This document shows positions 47,340-57,394 of a DNA stretch of 64,000 nucleotides, in pieces. The position numbers and the translations under genes were made by a program. Origin of the DNA: Bellilinea sp. GTDB taxonomy: Bacteria; Chloroflexota; Anaerolineae; Anaerolineales; Anaerolineaceae. The DNA is taken from NCBI GenBank assembly GCA_041658905.1, contig JBAZZG010000004.1, forward strand, positions 147,091-211,090, given 5' to 3'. Each line of letters begins with the position of its first letter. The stretch's first letter is position 1. The notes under the pieces are model-generated. The model did no database searches. It had not been told where the DNA came from and saw only the letters and a list, made by a program, of their open reading frames with translations.

Positions 47340-47996
47340 TTATATTATTCCGTATTCACGAGCCTTTAAAACCGCCTGCATCCGATCGCGTGCCTCCAAC
47401 TTGGATAAGATGCTGGTCAGATGGTTTTTAACGGTGCCTTCAGCGATCACCAGCATATCCGCTATTTCTTTATTGCTGGCGCCAGTCGCCACCTGCCGCA
47501 GCACTTCCAGCTCACGGGTGGATAGCTCGGATGCCAGTTCGACGATTTGCGCCCGTGGGGTGCGCGTCATGCGTTTGAATTCGGACATGACCTTGGCAGT
47601 AATGGACGGCTGCATAAAATACTCGCCGCGCGACGCCGCGCGAATGGCTTCGCATAATTTGTCCGAGGTGACATCCTTCAACAGATAGCCAACTGCTCCG
47701 GCGCGCAGGCCGTCAAACACCGTCTCGTCATCGTCGAAAGTGGTCAGCACGATCACCCGCAGGTTGGGGAACAAACCATGCAGCCGGCGCGTGGCGGTGA
47801 CGCCGTCCATCACTGGCATACGCAGATCCATTAAAACCACATCCGGTTTGGTGGTGGCTGCCAGGCGCAACGCTTCCTCCCCATTGGCAGCTTCGCTTAC
47901 GACCTGAAAATCCGGCTGGACTTCCAGTAAGGTGCGCAGCCCTTCACGGAACAATGACTGGTCGTCAACCAGTAAAACTTTGATGATTTGATTCAT
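47340..47996 (-). CDS. NarL/LuxR-family response regulator
   Basis: Receiver domain (VLLVDDQ…VVLMDLRMP). C-terminal LuxR HTH (LSTRELEVLRQVATGASNKEIADML). Confidence 0.9.
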   Translation of the reverse strand: MNQIIKVLLVDDQSLFREGLRTLLEVQPDFQVVSEAANGEEALRLAATTKPDVVLMDLRMPVMDGVTATRRLHGLFPNLRVIVLTTFDDDETVFDGLRAGAVGYLLKDVTSDKLCEAIRAASRGEYFMQPSITAKVMSEFKRMTRTPRAQIVELASELSTRELEVLRQVATGASNKEIADMLVIAEGTVKNHLTSILSKLEARDRMQAVLKAREYGII

Positions 47997-49177
47997 GCCG
48001 GCACCTTAATGTCAAATGCAAAACCGCCTTGTTTGGATGGTCCAATTTCCATCGTCCCGCCTACACTGCTGACCCGCTCTTTCATCCCAAGCAAACCAAA
48101 ACCTTCCTTGTAGTCGTCGGGGCCAATGCCGTTGTCTTCGACATCCAACACAACGCAATCCGCTTGCGAATAATCCAGGGTTATCCACATGCGCGAGGCC
48201 TTTGCATGGATGCAGGCATTACTAATGCCCTCCTGCGCTGCCCGGTAGAGGGTCCAGCGGGTCTGAGGGTTGAAATTACGCTCTTCCCCTTGTATGATCA
48301 ACTCCGGCACTATTCCAGCGTTCCTGGCGCCTTCCAGCAAGCCGCGGATCATTTCTGCCAACGGTTGATGCCCGTCCACAGGTGAGCGCAACGCAGCCAC
48401 GGAATGACGCACATCCGCCAGGGCTTCCTGGGTCAGATTTTGGGCTTTGGTCAGAATTGTTTTGGCGCGCTTCTGGTCATTGGCCGAAACCGCCGATGCT
48501 GCTTGAATTTGCATGTGGATGGTAGTCAAATAATGGCCCAATCCGTCATGAATCTCGCGGGCCAGGCGGTTGCGTTCCTTCGCGGTCGCCAGGTCCTCCG
48601 CCTGCAAGGCAAACTCCCTCAGCCGTAGATTGGCCTCCGTCAGCTCTTTCAACAGGCGCTCTACTTCCCGGCGCGAGGCTTCTTCGTTCAAAGCCATCTG
48701 GGTAAACACCACGATAAACACTACCCCGGCAGTAAAAATGGGTAAACCCTGCCAGACCACTTCCACGGATCCGCTGTAGGCGTATACGGCCATCACATAA
48801 GCCAGCATGATCACAATGTGAGCAATATATCCTGTGCCGCGCGGCAAGAGCACCACTGCGTGCCCAGCCAGCGGCATCAGCACCAGCGCGTTAAAACCCG
48901 CGCCCTTACCCAGAAAGACGATCAACCCACCCACGACAATTTGGATGGCAAAATAGAACAAAGAGAAGGGAACTGATTTACTCCTGGCGCAAAAGGCATA
49001 GCCGTATATCCCAATCGCCAAATAGGCCGTCCCCAGGCCAATCAGGATGACGATTTTGAATGGCGCGGTCTCCTGTAGCGAGCTGAAAGTCGCAAAATAG
49101 GACGCCAACACAACGACAGCAAAAGCCAGGTCTGCATCTCCGCCTGTCCGGATTATCGATGGGTTGGTGCGGTTCAT
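47993..49177 (-). CDS. Sensor histidine kinase (HisKA_3 / NarX-type) with 5-TM sensor
   Basis: H-box LAREIHDGLGHYLT. ATPase boxes (DNGIG, GFGLLGMKER). An ATGA overlap joins it to the RR gene. Confidence 0.85.
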   Translation of the reverse strand: MNRTNPSIIRTGGDADLAFAVVVLASYFATFSSLQETAPFKIVILIGLGTAYLAIGIYGYAFCARSKSVPFSLFYFAIQIVVGGLIVFLGKGAGFNALVLMPLAGHAVVLLPRGTGYIAHIVIMLAYVMAVYAYSGSVEVVWQGLPIFTAGVVFIVVFTQMALNEEASRREVERLLKELTEANLRLREFALQAEDLATAKERNRLAREIHDGLGHYLTTIHMQIQAASAVSANDQKRAKTILTKAQNLTQEALADVRHSVAALRSPVDGHQPLAEMIRGLLEGARNAGIVPELIIQGEERNFNPQTRWTLYRAAQEGISNACIHAKASRMWITLDYSQADCVVLDVEDNGIGPDDYKEGFGLLGMKERVSSVGGTMEIGPSKQGGFAFDIKVPA

Positions 49178-49366
49178 AGAGTTAATTATAGCACCCGGGT
49201 ACCGCTGGTTATGCTTGCCAGCCCGGTCGTCAAGTCCTATTTTTATTCATGACTTGCCAGGCCTGAATGGGACTGCGTATATGACTCAAATCACTACCAT
49301 TTAGGTCGGGTTTGGTTAAAGTTTTATAGGACAAAAAATAATCTACCAAATTACCGGGATGGGACA

Positions 49367-50878
49367 ATGAATATACTGATGCTCTACCCAAAATTTCCAG
49401 ATACCTTCTGGAGTTTCAAGCACGCAATCGAATTTATCTCTAGAAAAGCCACAACGCCACCGCTCGGGTTGGTGACGATTGCCTCGTTGTTACCCGCGGA
49501 GTGGAATAAAAAGTTAGTGGATATTAATATACAAGCCTTGCGACAAAGCGATATTGATTGGGCAGACCTGGTCTTCATCAGTGCGATGAGTGTGCAGCGA
49601 GCGTCCGTTGTTGAACTGGTGCAACGCTGCAAAAGCCGCGGGAAAACCATTGTGGCAGGCGGTCCTTTATTCACCGGCGAATATGACCAGTTTACCGAAA
49701 TTGACTATTTTATTTTGAATGAAGGCGAAATCACCTTGCCGCCTTTTCTGTCGGATTTTGCCAAAGGGCAGGCGAAAAAAGTTTATTCCACCGCTGACTA
49801 TGCGGATATCCAGACCACGCCGTTGCCTGAGTGGAGTCTGTTGAAATTTTCCGCATACGAATCGATGGCGATCCAATTTTCGCGTGGCTGTCCATACGAC
49901 TGCGACTTTTGCAACGTCACCGCGCTGCTGGGGCACCGCCCACGCACCAAGACCGCTACCCAGTTGATCGCCGAGCTGGATGCGCTCTATCAGTTGGGTT
50001 GGCGGCGGAATATTTTCATGGTGGACGACAACTTCATCGGCAATAAAAAAGTGCTTAAGCAGGAAATCCTACCCGCGCTGATCGAGTGGCGCCAGGGCAA
50101 AACCGGCTGCCAGTTCATTACCGAGGCTTCGATCAACTTGTCCGATGATCCAGAATTAATGGATTTACTGGTGAAAGCCGGCTTCTTTTCCGTATTCATT
50201 GGCATCGAAACCCCTGAAGAAGCGTCGCTAACCGAATGCAACAAGAAGCAAAATCAACACCGCAATATGCTCGACAGCGTCCACAGGATGCAGAACGCCG
50301 GTTTACAAGTGATGGCGGGCTTCATCGTCGGGTTTGACAATGACAATCCCGGTACTTTTCAACGCCAGATCGAATTCATTCAACAATCTGGCATCGTAAC
50401 CGCCATGGTCGGCTTACTCCAGGCGCCGTTCGGCACTCGTCTATACAGTCGCATGGAGCAGGAAGGACGCTTGATCCGCCAAATGAGCGGCGACAACACG
50501 GACGGTACCTCGAATATCGTGCCACGCCTCGATGTTGACATACTGCAGCGCGGCTACCGCAACGTCATTCAATCTATCTATTCGTCCAAGATGTTTTACG
50601 AGCGGGTTAAGACATTTTTGATCCATTACAACCCGGGAAAGGCCCCGGTAAACCTCCACATCAACGAGATACAGGCGTTTTTCAGATCCATCTGGCGCAT
50701 TGGCATCCTTGGCTCGTCCCGCAAATATTATTGGGATCTTTTCTTTTGGACATTAACGCATTACCCGAAAAAGTTCGCCCTGGCAATTACCATGACGATT
50801 TACGGCTACCATTTCCAAAAAATCAGTGCAAAGGCAGTTACCCGGTCGATCCACCAACCCATCAGCCAGCCGGCATGA
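49367..50878 (+). CDS. B12-binding domain radical SAM protein with DUF4070-like C-terminus
   Basis: N-terminal cobalamin-binding-like region (LMLYPKFP…PPLGLVTIASLLP). Radical SAM motif RGCPYDCDFC. Confidence 0.85.
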   Translation: MNILMLYPKFPDTFWSFKHAIEFISRKATTPPLGLVTIASLLPAEWNKKLVDINIQALRQSDIDWADLVFISAMSVQRASVVELVQRCKSRGKTIVAGGPLFTGEYDQFTEIDYFILNEGEITLPPFLSDFAKGQAKKVYSTADYADIQTTPLPEWSLLKFSAYESMAIQFSRGCPYDCDFCNVTALLGHRPRTKTATQLIAELDALYQLGWRRNIFMVDDNFIGNKKVLKQEILPALIEWRQGKTGCQFITEASINLSDDPELMDLLVKAGFFSVFIGIETPEEASLTECNKKQNQHRNMLDSVHRMQNAGLQVMAGFIVGFDNDNPGTFQRQIEFIQQSGIVTAMVGLLQAPFGTRLYSRMEQEGRLIRQMSGDNTDGTSNIVPRLDVDILQRGYRNVIQSIYSSKMFYERVKTFLIHYNPGKAPVNLHINEIQAFFRSIWRIGILGSSRKYYWDLFFWTLTHYPKKFALAITMTIYGYHFQKISAKAVTRSIHQPISQPA

Positions 50879-50910
50879 AGAAAATTATCGATTACCACAG
50901 AAACAGTGTT

Positions 50911-50942
50911 CCTCTCCCCGTTTATATTACGGCGGGGAGAGG
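50911..50942. terminator. Hairpin between the convergent rSAM and phnE genes (candidate terminator)
   Basis: CCTCTCCCCG (50911-50920), 12-nt loop, CGGGGAGAGG (50933-50942). No strong U-tract. Confidence 0.35.
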
Positions 50943-51006
50943 TTAGGTGAGGGGCACATTATTACTGCGTCGAGCTCGTCAAACAGGCTGCTTCTTACTG
51001 CGTGCC

Positions 51007-52833
51007 TTAAATGGCTTTCTCGCGCAATCGCGAACTCAGGTAGTCCATCGAGGCAACCACCAGAGCAATGGCCAGCATTTGTAAGCTGGCACCCCGATAG
51101 TTGAGCAGGTTGATATTCTGGTAAAGCAGGAAACCAATTCCGCCGCCTCCTGCAAAACCGATGATGGTGGACATGCGGACATTGATGTCCCAGCGGTACA
51201 TGGTAAAAGAAATGTACGGTGGGATGATTTGCGGCACCACGGCATAAACGATGGACTGCAATCGGTTCGCACCCGTGGCAGTAACTGCCTCCATCGGGCC
51301 CGGCAGGATGCTTTCGACCTGCTCGGAATACAGTTTGGCAAGCGCAGCGATGGTATGCAGCGAAAGCGCCAAAACTCCCGCGAACGGACCGATCCCTACC
51401 CACACGACGAAGACGATTACCCACACCAGTGCCTCGATCGACCGCAGGGCATTAAAAACCGTGCGGGCAATGTAATACAGTACGATCCCAACCGGCAAAT
51501 CATCCTTCGGAGCCATTCGCGCAGAAGTAACCAGCCCGATAACGGCGCCTATGACTCCCGGCCAGTAGATCGTGACTGCCAGATTATCAAACTGGTAGAA
51601 CCAGTTTAAGCTTTGCATGATCAAAATGGCCAATACAGCCCCGGCCAACATTGACAGCAGCACGCTGAGGGCCTTCGCAGCCGGCTTATTTACGTGTGAG
51701 GTGATGACCTTTCCAGTGCGGTCCCCGATGGATGAGAATATCCCGGCAGCCAAAGCCGCGGTAATCACCACAATAGACATGCCCAGGATGTCACCCATAT
51801 CGGAGATAAAGGTTCCCAAAAAGCCAAAGGAATCCAATTTCGGAGCAAGATAGTCGCCGAGCTGAATAACAATTTTCGTCAGGAATTGCAATCCCAAAAT
51901 CCCGATCAACACGGAAACAATCAGGCCTAGCATGCGCAGGATGCGGGTTTTGACAGATGGTCTGGTCAGTTCCGCCTGCGGCAGCGCCCAGCGCGCCAGC
52001 GGAAAAGCAATAGCCGGAGCGGCCACTAGACCGGCAATATTCCCGGCCAAACTTCGAGAAATTAAATCTGCAAGCTGACTGCCGTATTTGGACAGCCCGA
52101 TGCCGATAAAAACACCCAAAGGGATTAAGAGCAAATTGAGTGCGATCGAAATCAAGGGACTCTTAACGTCCTTCATCAAGTTTTTTGCAGCGATGAAAGA
52201 GAGCGGTATGGCAAACAACGTACCCAGGGTGGTTGCCAGTAATGCCAGGAATACGGTTTCAACGATCTTATCCCAGGTATCCACCGCTGTTTGCGAAATC
52301 TTTGGAGCGCCAACATTGGTTCTTGTTATGGTTCGAATGGTCTGGGTAGCGGTATCCGGGCGCGCCGGGATGCGTATTTCGGCTGTAAATTCCCCATTCG
52401 CGTCGGTTTCAAAATCCCCGACCCCCAGATTCACCTGCGATGTCGGGATGAAGGTGATTGGCCCGGATGTCTTCGGCTGGAAATTGAACCCTTTTACCGT
52501 GACCATTGTCCGTGGATCAGCGCAGGCTGGTTCAATCGTGATATACGGACCCAATTGATCTACCTCTGGGGCAGTAAAGCCGCCGGCGGGGCACGGAACC
52601 ATAAATTGCTGTGTAATTACAACTTGCGTTTTTTCATAAGTTAAAAGATCAGGTTTGGCCAGTGCACGCAGGATGCGCGTCAACTGCTGCTGCCGGCGTG
52701 GGTTGCGCGTTTCATCCAGATTGACTTTGGTAACCTGAAAACCGAAGGCATAAATAATGATGACTGCAATAACCGCCAGCCCAACACCCAGTGAGCGCAA
52801 TATTTGTTTGAGATTTTTCATAGTGTCACTCAC
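51007..52833 (-). CDS. phnE: Phosphonate ABC transporter permease PhnE, enlarged form
   Basis: The C-terminus (YRWDINVRMSTIIGFAGGGGIGFLL…) and the TLGTLFAIPLSFIAAKNL block are PhnE-typical. The GTG start at 52833 overlaps the phnC stop (GTGA); ATG 52821 is an alternative. Confidence 0.8.
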   Translation of the reverse strand: MSDTMKNLKQILRSLGVGLAVIAVIIIYAFGFQVTKVNLDETRNPRRQQQLTRILRALAKPDLLTYEKTQVVITQQFMVPCPAGGFTAPEVDQLGPYITIEPACADPRTMVTVKGFNFQPKTSGPITFIPTSQVNLGVGDFETDANGEFTAEIRIPARPDTATQTIRTITRTNVGAPKISQTAVDTWDKIVETVFLALLATTLGTLFAIPLSFIAAKNLMKDVKSPLISIALNLLLIPLGVFIGIGLSKYGSQLADLISRSLAGNIAGLVAAPAIAFPLARWALPQAELTRPSVKTRILRMLGLIVSVLIGILGLQFLTKIVIQLGDYLAPKLDSFGFLGTFISDMGDILGMSIVVITAALAAGIFSSIGDRTGKVITSHVNKPAAKALSVLLSMLAGAVLAILIMQSLNWFYQFDNLAVTIYWPGVIGAVIGLVTSARMAPKDDLPVGIVLYYIARTVFNALRSIEALVWVIVFVVWVGIGPFAGVLALSLHTIAALAKLYSEQVESILPGPMEAVTATGANRLQSIVYAVVPQIIPPYISFTMYRWDINVRMSTIIGFAGGGGIGFLLYQNINLLNYRGASLQMLAIALVVASMDYLSSRLREKAI

Positions 52834-53582
52834 CCTACCCGCTCAGCATCGCGGCCGTAAATGTCTTTGAATTTTTGATCGTCGATTTCCTGCGGCAGTC
52901 CATCAAACACCAAGCGACCTTCGTTCAAGGCAATTACCCGGTCGGCGTAACGATGAACCAAATCCAGGAAATGCAGACTGCACAACACAGTCACCCCTTC
53001 TTCATGATTGATTTGTTCCAGGTAGGCCATAATGCTGTGGGCTAACACTGGATCCAAGCTGGCGACCGGCTCATCTGCCAGGATCATTTCAGGATCCTGC
53101 ATCATGGCGCGGGCAATCCCCACCCGTTGCTGCTGGCCGCCGCTGAGTTCATCAGCGCGGTTTTGGGCCTTATCGGCAATGCTAACCCGTCCGAGTTCGT
53201 GCATCGCCTTGTCGAGGTCGCTTTTTGGGAATTTATTAATCAGGCTCCAGAACGGATTGACATAACCCAGCCTGCCAGCCAGGACATTCGTCAAAACACT
53301 CGAACGGGCAACGAGATTAAAATGTTGGAAAACCATGCCGATTTTCCGGCGGATAAATCTCATGTCCTCTTCTGAAGCGGCAGTAACATCGACATCGTTC
53401 CAGAAAATCTTTCCACCAGTTGGCTCAACCAGACGATTGATGCAGCGTAAGAGCGTTGATTTCCCCGAGCCGCTCAGGCCAATTACAGCCAAAAATTGAC
53501 CTTTTGGAACATCAAAACTGACGTCCTTCAATGCCTGGACACCGCCATCATATTGCTTGTCTAGGTTTTGAACTGTTAGCAT
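52830..53582 (-). CDS. phnC: Phosphonate ABC transporter ATP-binding protein
   Basis: Walker [10 protein letters not shown], signature LSGGQQQR, Walker B ILADEP. AAAGGA RBS is present. Confidence 0.9.
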   Translation of the reverse strand: MLTVQNLDKQYDGGVQALKDVSFDVPKGQFLAVIGLSGSGKSTLLRCINRLVEPTGGKIFWNDVDVTAASEEDMRFIRRKIGMVFQHFNLVARSSVLTNVLAGRLGYVNPFWSLINKFPKSDLDKAMHELGRVSIADKAQNRADELSGGQQQRVGIARAMMQDPEMILADEPVASLDPVLAHSIMAYLEQINHEEGVTVLCSLHFLDLVHRYADRVIALNEGRLVFDGLPQEIDDQKFKDIYGRDAERVG

Positions 53583-53642
53583 GGAGTTGTCCTTTGATGT
53601 GTGTAATTTATGCTTTATTTTACCTTACAAATATTTTAAACA

Positions 53643-53674
53643 AATAACGGGCAGATTAAACTCTGCCCGTTATT
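53643..53674 (-). terminator. Intercistronic hairpin/attenuator between phnD and phnC
   Basis: A 13-bp stem (AATAACGGGCAGA / TCTGCCCGTTATT) with a 6-nt loop. On the minus strand it is followed by TTTGTTTAAAATATTTG. Confidence 0.5.
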
Positions 53675-53691
53675 GACTTGGACTACATGGA

Positions 53692-54813
53692 TTATTGACC
53701 GAGGCTTTCGAAGGTGATGCCGTTCGCCTCAACCATCTGGCGAACAAAGTCGTAGTCGGCGTCAAGCGCAGGGCTCAGGCCAGACCAGCCGTAGAAATCC
53801 TCAGATCCGATGGATTCTTTCCAGGCATCTGTCTCAGCGAAAGCGGCCAGAGCCGCTTCGATAGTGGTGCGCGTCTCGGCGGGGAAATCGGGGCCGAAGG
53901 ACAGCGTGTCATTCGGGATGTCGGGAGACAGAGTCAGGATGCGAAGCTTCTGGACCACATCCGGTGCTTCCTCGCGGATGTTATTGCGAGCATCCAGCAG
54001 TACGTATCCGTCACAAACAATGTTCTTGCCGTCATCACTCAGCTTGCAATTTTCGATGACCGCGTCGGGCATGTCAGGGGCATCGCCCTTCTTCCATTTC
54101 TCAACGCCATCAGGTACAGCATACGGGCTGTAGAAAGTGGTTGCGAAGTCAACCTCGCCATTATAGACGGCTTTTACAGCCTGCGGGTGACCGCCGGTGG
54201 CGATGGATTCGCTGGGTTCGATACCAGCTGCTTTGAGCATGGCCAGCGGGAACATGTAGCCGGAGGTCGAACCGGCGTCGGTGTAGCCCCATTTCTTGCC
54301 TGCCAAATCTTCGATCGACTGGATGTCGCTGTCGCGTGCTACCAGGAACTGAGCCCAGTACACGTCCCAACCGCGGCGGACCGCTTTGAAGGCAACGTCC
54401 ACGCCGCACAGTTCATTGGCGAAGACATATCCGAGCGCGGGGATAAAGCCCATGGTGTCAGCCGGGGAGGCGCACATCTCTTCGATGGTGGCGGCGTAGG
54501 AAGTCGGAACGCTCACCTCAAAGGTCAGGCCAGTAGCTTCATTCAATGCTGCCGCCATCAATTCACCACCGGTGACGATCACATTCGCGTCGACTGATGG
54601 AACAAACAACACTTTGATGGGGTGTTCCGGGCTGCCGATTGGGGGTTCAGGAACAGCGGTCGGTTCTGGAGCCTTTGTAGGGATGAGTACAGGGGCGGGC
54701 TCATCGGTAGGCGCAACTGTTGGAGTCGCAGCCGGCTGGCAGGCAGCCAGTACGAACGACGCTAACAAGAGCACGGAAAGTACAATGTACAAACTCCGGC
54801 GATTGAAGTGCAT
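53692..54813 (-). CDS. phnD: Phosphate/phosphite/phosphonate ABC transporter substrate-binding lipoprotein
   Basis: Lipobox LAAC followed by a P/T/A-rich linker. The body resembles the PhnD family (…YTDAGSTSGY…). It is operonic with phnC and phnE. Confidence 0.8.
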   Translation of the reverse strand: MHFNRRSLYIVLSVLLLASFVLAACQPAATPTVAPTDEPAPVLIPTKAPEPTAVPEPPIGSPEHPIKVLFVPSVDANVIVTGGELMAAALNEATGLTFEVSVPTSYAATIEEMCASPADTMGFIPALGYVFANELCGVDVAFKAVRRGWDVYWAQFLVARDSDIQSIEDLAGKKWGYTDAGSTSGYMFPLAMLKAAGIEPSESIATGGHPQAVKAVYNGEVDFATTFYSPYAVPDGVEKWKKGDAPDMPDAVIENCKLSDDGKNIVCDGYVLLDARNNIREEAPDVVQKLRILTLSPDIPNDTLSFGPDFPAETRTTIEAALAAFAETDAWKESIGSEDFYGWSGLSPALDADYDFVRQMVEANGITFESLGQ

Positions 54814-54844
54814 CTATTCTTCTCCTTTTGGTTGATTGGGAAAT

Positions 54845-54859
54845 CCTGTCTTTGACAGG
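54845..54859. promoter_or_regulatory. Palindrome CCTGTC-TTT-GACAGG just downstream of the predicted phnD promoter
   Basis: Perfect 6-bp arms lying roughly +5 to +20 relative to the predicted -10. It contains a CTGTCA half-site. Confidence 0.3.
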
Positions 54860-54870
54860 TTTGATAATCT

Positions 54871-54899
54871 ACTATACTCGCTTTTTTAAAACATGTAAA
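54871..54899 (-). promoter_or_regulatory. Sigma-70-type promoter for phnDCE
   Basis: On the minus strand, TTTACA (54899-54894), an exactly 17-nt spacer, then TATAGT (54876-54871). It lies about 58 nt upstream of the phnD ATG. Confidence 0.45.
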
Positions 54900-54937
54900 G
54901 TTTGGAATACCTTAAAAATTTCGGTGAAAATCTTAAA

Positions 54938-54965
54938 GAAGCAGGCCAGTGAGACGGCCTGCTTC
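54938..54965 (-). terminator. Intrinsic terminator of the sugar ABC operon
   Basis: GAAGCAGGCC / GGCCTGCTTC perfect 10-bp stem with an 8-nt loop. On the minus strand it is followed by TTTAAGATTTTC. Confidence 0.55.
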
Positions 54966-54984
54966 CCGAAAACTGACCAGACCT

Positions 54985-56418
54985 TTACTTGATCTGGGCC
55001 AACTGGTCGGCCAAAATCTCATTGGCCTTGATATTTACCGCATTCAACAGCGAGACCACATCGCCGCCGTCCACAATCGCAGCCATAGTGGCCTCGATTT
55101 CGTCACGGACAAAGTCGTAACCAGGCACAGGCGGTTCGAAGTGTGAGTAAGCCAGCATATCGAACGCGGTTTTGTAGGCTGGATCAGATGCAAAGTAATC
55201 GGCCATCTTGTCAGCCACGCTTGCCCGAACCGGGAAGTACTGCGAAACCTTTGCCCACTTAGCTTGAACATCAGCGTTAGTGTAATACTCGAGGAACAGG
55301 AAAGCAGCCAGTTCTCGCTCTGGAGTGGTCTTCGGAACGGAAACTGAAGCTCCGTACACATTCATGACGGGCTCCGAGGTGGTGTGCGGAATGGCCGCAA
55401 CCGACCAGGCGAAGTTGGCGCCTTCGCTGGCGGCCTGGTTGTAGAAGGGCAGACCGGAACTTGATCCGACTGTGAATAGCAGGGAACCGTTGCCAAAATC
55501 AGTCTGATCGCCGTAAGCTTCGGTGACCTGGCGGGCGCAGCCGTTATCAAACAGATCTTTCAGGAAGGTCATGGCAGCCACGCCGGCTTCGCTGTTGTAG
55601 GTGAAGGCATTGCCCTCGTAATCATACACATCGCCGCCAAAGGCGAAGGTCCAGGAAGCAAAGCGGGAAGCATCCACCGACAGTTCGTAGCCGATGCTGC
55701 CTTCAACCGTCGCTTTGGAGAAGGGAGTGGTTGATGCTTTGCAGGCCATTTCCTTGAATTCTTCCGGCGTGGCCGGGGGAGCGTCGTAACCCAATTCCTT
55801 CAGCCAGTCGCTGTTGTAGTACATCACTTCCATGGAACGATTGGGGGGCAGCGCCAGACGGGCATTGTCGAAATTTGGGAAGACATCCTGCGCCCAGAAG
55901 CCTGGGAAGAAGTCCTTCTGGTCTACTTCAGAAATGCCCCATTTCGGGCTATTGACCAGCGGGTTCAGGTCGAGCAGGCCTTCGGTAAGCTGATAGGTTG
56001 CGGCCTGGTTCTGGTAGGCAACCACCAGATCGGGGACATCCGGGGTGTTCAGGATGGGCAGCATTTTGGTGAAAATGTCGCCATACGAACCCTGGTACTC
56101 AGCGGTAACCGTGATACCCCATTCATTGGTGTTGTTGAACTCATGCACGATTTCCAACAACGCAGTTTCACGGTCTTTGGTGTGCTGATGCCAGAAGACG
56201 ATCTGTTGCCCGCTCGGGTCCACATCAGCCCACTCATCGGCAGGAGCAGGCTCTTCGGTCACAACTGGCGCTTCAGCCTTGGTGGGCGCAACTGCCGGCG
56301 GCTGAACTTCTTCCGTTGTTACCGGCTCGGGAGTTGTTGTGGCAGCCGGGACGCAGGCGGCCATTACGAAGGCAGCTACCATCAGGATTGCGATGATCGC
56401 AAAAAATTTGTTCCTCAT
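54985..56418 (-). CDS. Carbohydrate ABC transporter substrate-binding lipoprotein (family 1 SBP)
   Basis: I chose the start at ATG 56418 (MRNKFF…, lipobox MAAC, GGAGGA RBS). A T/E/P/A-rich linker is followed by an SBP_bac_1-like body. Confidence 0.85.
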   Translation of the reverse strand: MRNKFFAIIAILMVAAFVMAACVPAATTTPEPVTTEEVQPPAVAPTKAEAPVVTEEPAPADEWADVDPSGQQIVFWHQHTKDRETALLEIVHEFNNTNEWGITVTAEYQGSYGDIFTKMLPILNTPDVPDLVVAYQNQAATYQLTEGLLDLNPLVNSPKWGISEVDQKDFFPGFWAQDVFPNFDNARLALPPNRSMEVMYYNSDWLKELGYDAPPATPEEFKEMACKASTTPFSKATVEGSIGYELSVDASRFASWTFAFGGDVYDYEGNAFTYNSEAGVAAMTFLKDLFDNGCARQVTEAYGDQTDFGNGSLLFTVGSSSGLPFYNQAASEGANFAWSVAAIPHTTSEPVMNVYGASVSVPKTTPERELAAFLFLEYYTNADVQAKWAKVSQYFPVRASVADKMADYFASDPAYKTAFDMLAYSHFEPPVPGYDFVRDEIEATMAAIVDGGDVVSLLNAVNIKANEILADQLAQIK

Positions 56419-56488
56419 CTTTTCCTCCATAAAAAGTGTAGGGGTTGAATTTGGTAACGGAAAAGGTTCCGTAAGCCACAAAGAAGAT

Positions 56489-57394
56489 TTATCCCTTCAA
56501 TCCGGTTGTCGCTATGCCCTGAGTGAATTGCTTTTGTGTCAGGAAATAAATGACCAGAATGGGGATCAGGGTGATGACCGCGCCTGCCATGAGCAGGTGC
56601 GTTTCCGGCCCGGCTTCAGAGACGAAAGTCCACAGACCCACCATCAGTGGACGCCAGGTCTCACGGGTGGTGACCAGCAGCGGCCAGGCAAATGCGTTCC
56701 AGGAACCGATAAAACCAAAAAGCAACACAGTCATAATCGGCGCTTTGGAAATCGGTAAACAAATCTGGGTCAGGAAGCGAAAATGGTTCGCCCCGTCGAT
56801 TTGAGCGGCATCCCACAACTCATGCGGGATTTGCGCAAAAAACTGTTTCAGCAGGAAAATGCTGAAGGCGTTTGCCATAAAAGGGACGGCCAGCGCTTGC
56901 AACGAATTGAGCCAGGAGCCGCCCGGCAGCGGGATGATCGTGCCGCGTACCAGCATTAAATTGGGCAGCCAGGTGATGGTTTCCGGAATCATCATGGTAC
57001 TGAGTAGAATCGCAAAAATAGCATTCCGGCCTTTAAACTTGATGCGTCCAAAAGCATAGCCTGCCAGGATGGAGGTTGTCAGCAGTCCGATCAAAGTGAC
57101 GCCGGTGATAATGACACTATTCCAGAAGTACCGGGCGAACTTGGCTTCATTCCAGGCTTGAATGTAATTAATGAACTGCGGAACAGCCGGGAGCCATTTG
57201 CGGTTAATGGTTTCGCCAAGCGTCATCAATGATGTCGAAATCATCCAAAAGAACGGGATGAGGGCCAAGAATGCCCCTATGATCAAAACTAAATAGGTCA
57301 AACTCTGGCTGCCAGTACGCGATCCGCGGGCAACCTTTCGAATATCTTTTCTTTCTGTTTGTTTTACTTCAAGGCCGGTGGTGAGATCAGCCAT
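56489..57394 (-). CDS. Carbohydrate ABC transporter permease (MalG-like)
   Basis: EAA-loop region (…WDAAQIDGANHFRFLTQICLPISKAP…). The start at 57394 overlaps the upstream stop. Confidence 0.9.
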   Translation of the reverse strand: MADLTTGLEVKQTERKDIRKVARGSRTGSQSLTYLVLIIGAFLALIPFFWMISTSLMTLGETINRKWLPAVPQFINYIQAWNEAKFARYFWNSVIITGVTLIGLLTTSILAGYAFGRIKFKGRNAIFAILLSTMMIPETITWLPNLMLVRGTIIPLPGGSWLNSLQALAVPFMANAFSIFLLKQFFAQIPHELWDAAQIDGANHFRFLTQICLPISKAPIMTVLLFGFIGSWNAFAWPLLVTTRETWRPLMVGLWTFVSEAGPETHLLMAGAVITLIPILVIYFLTQKQFTQGIATTGLKG

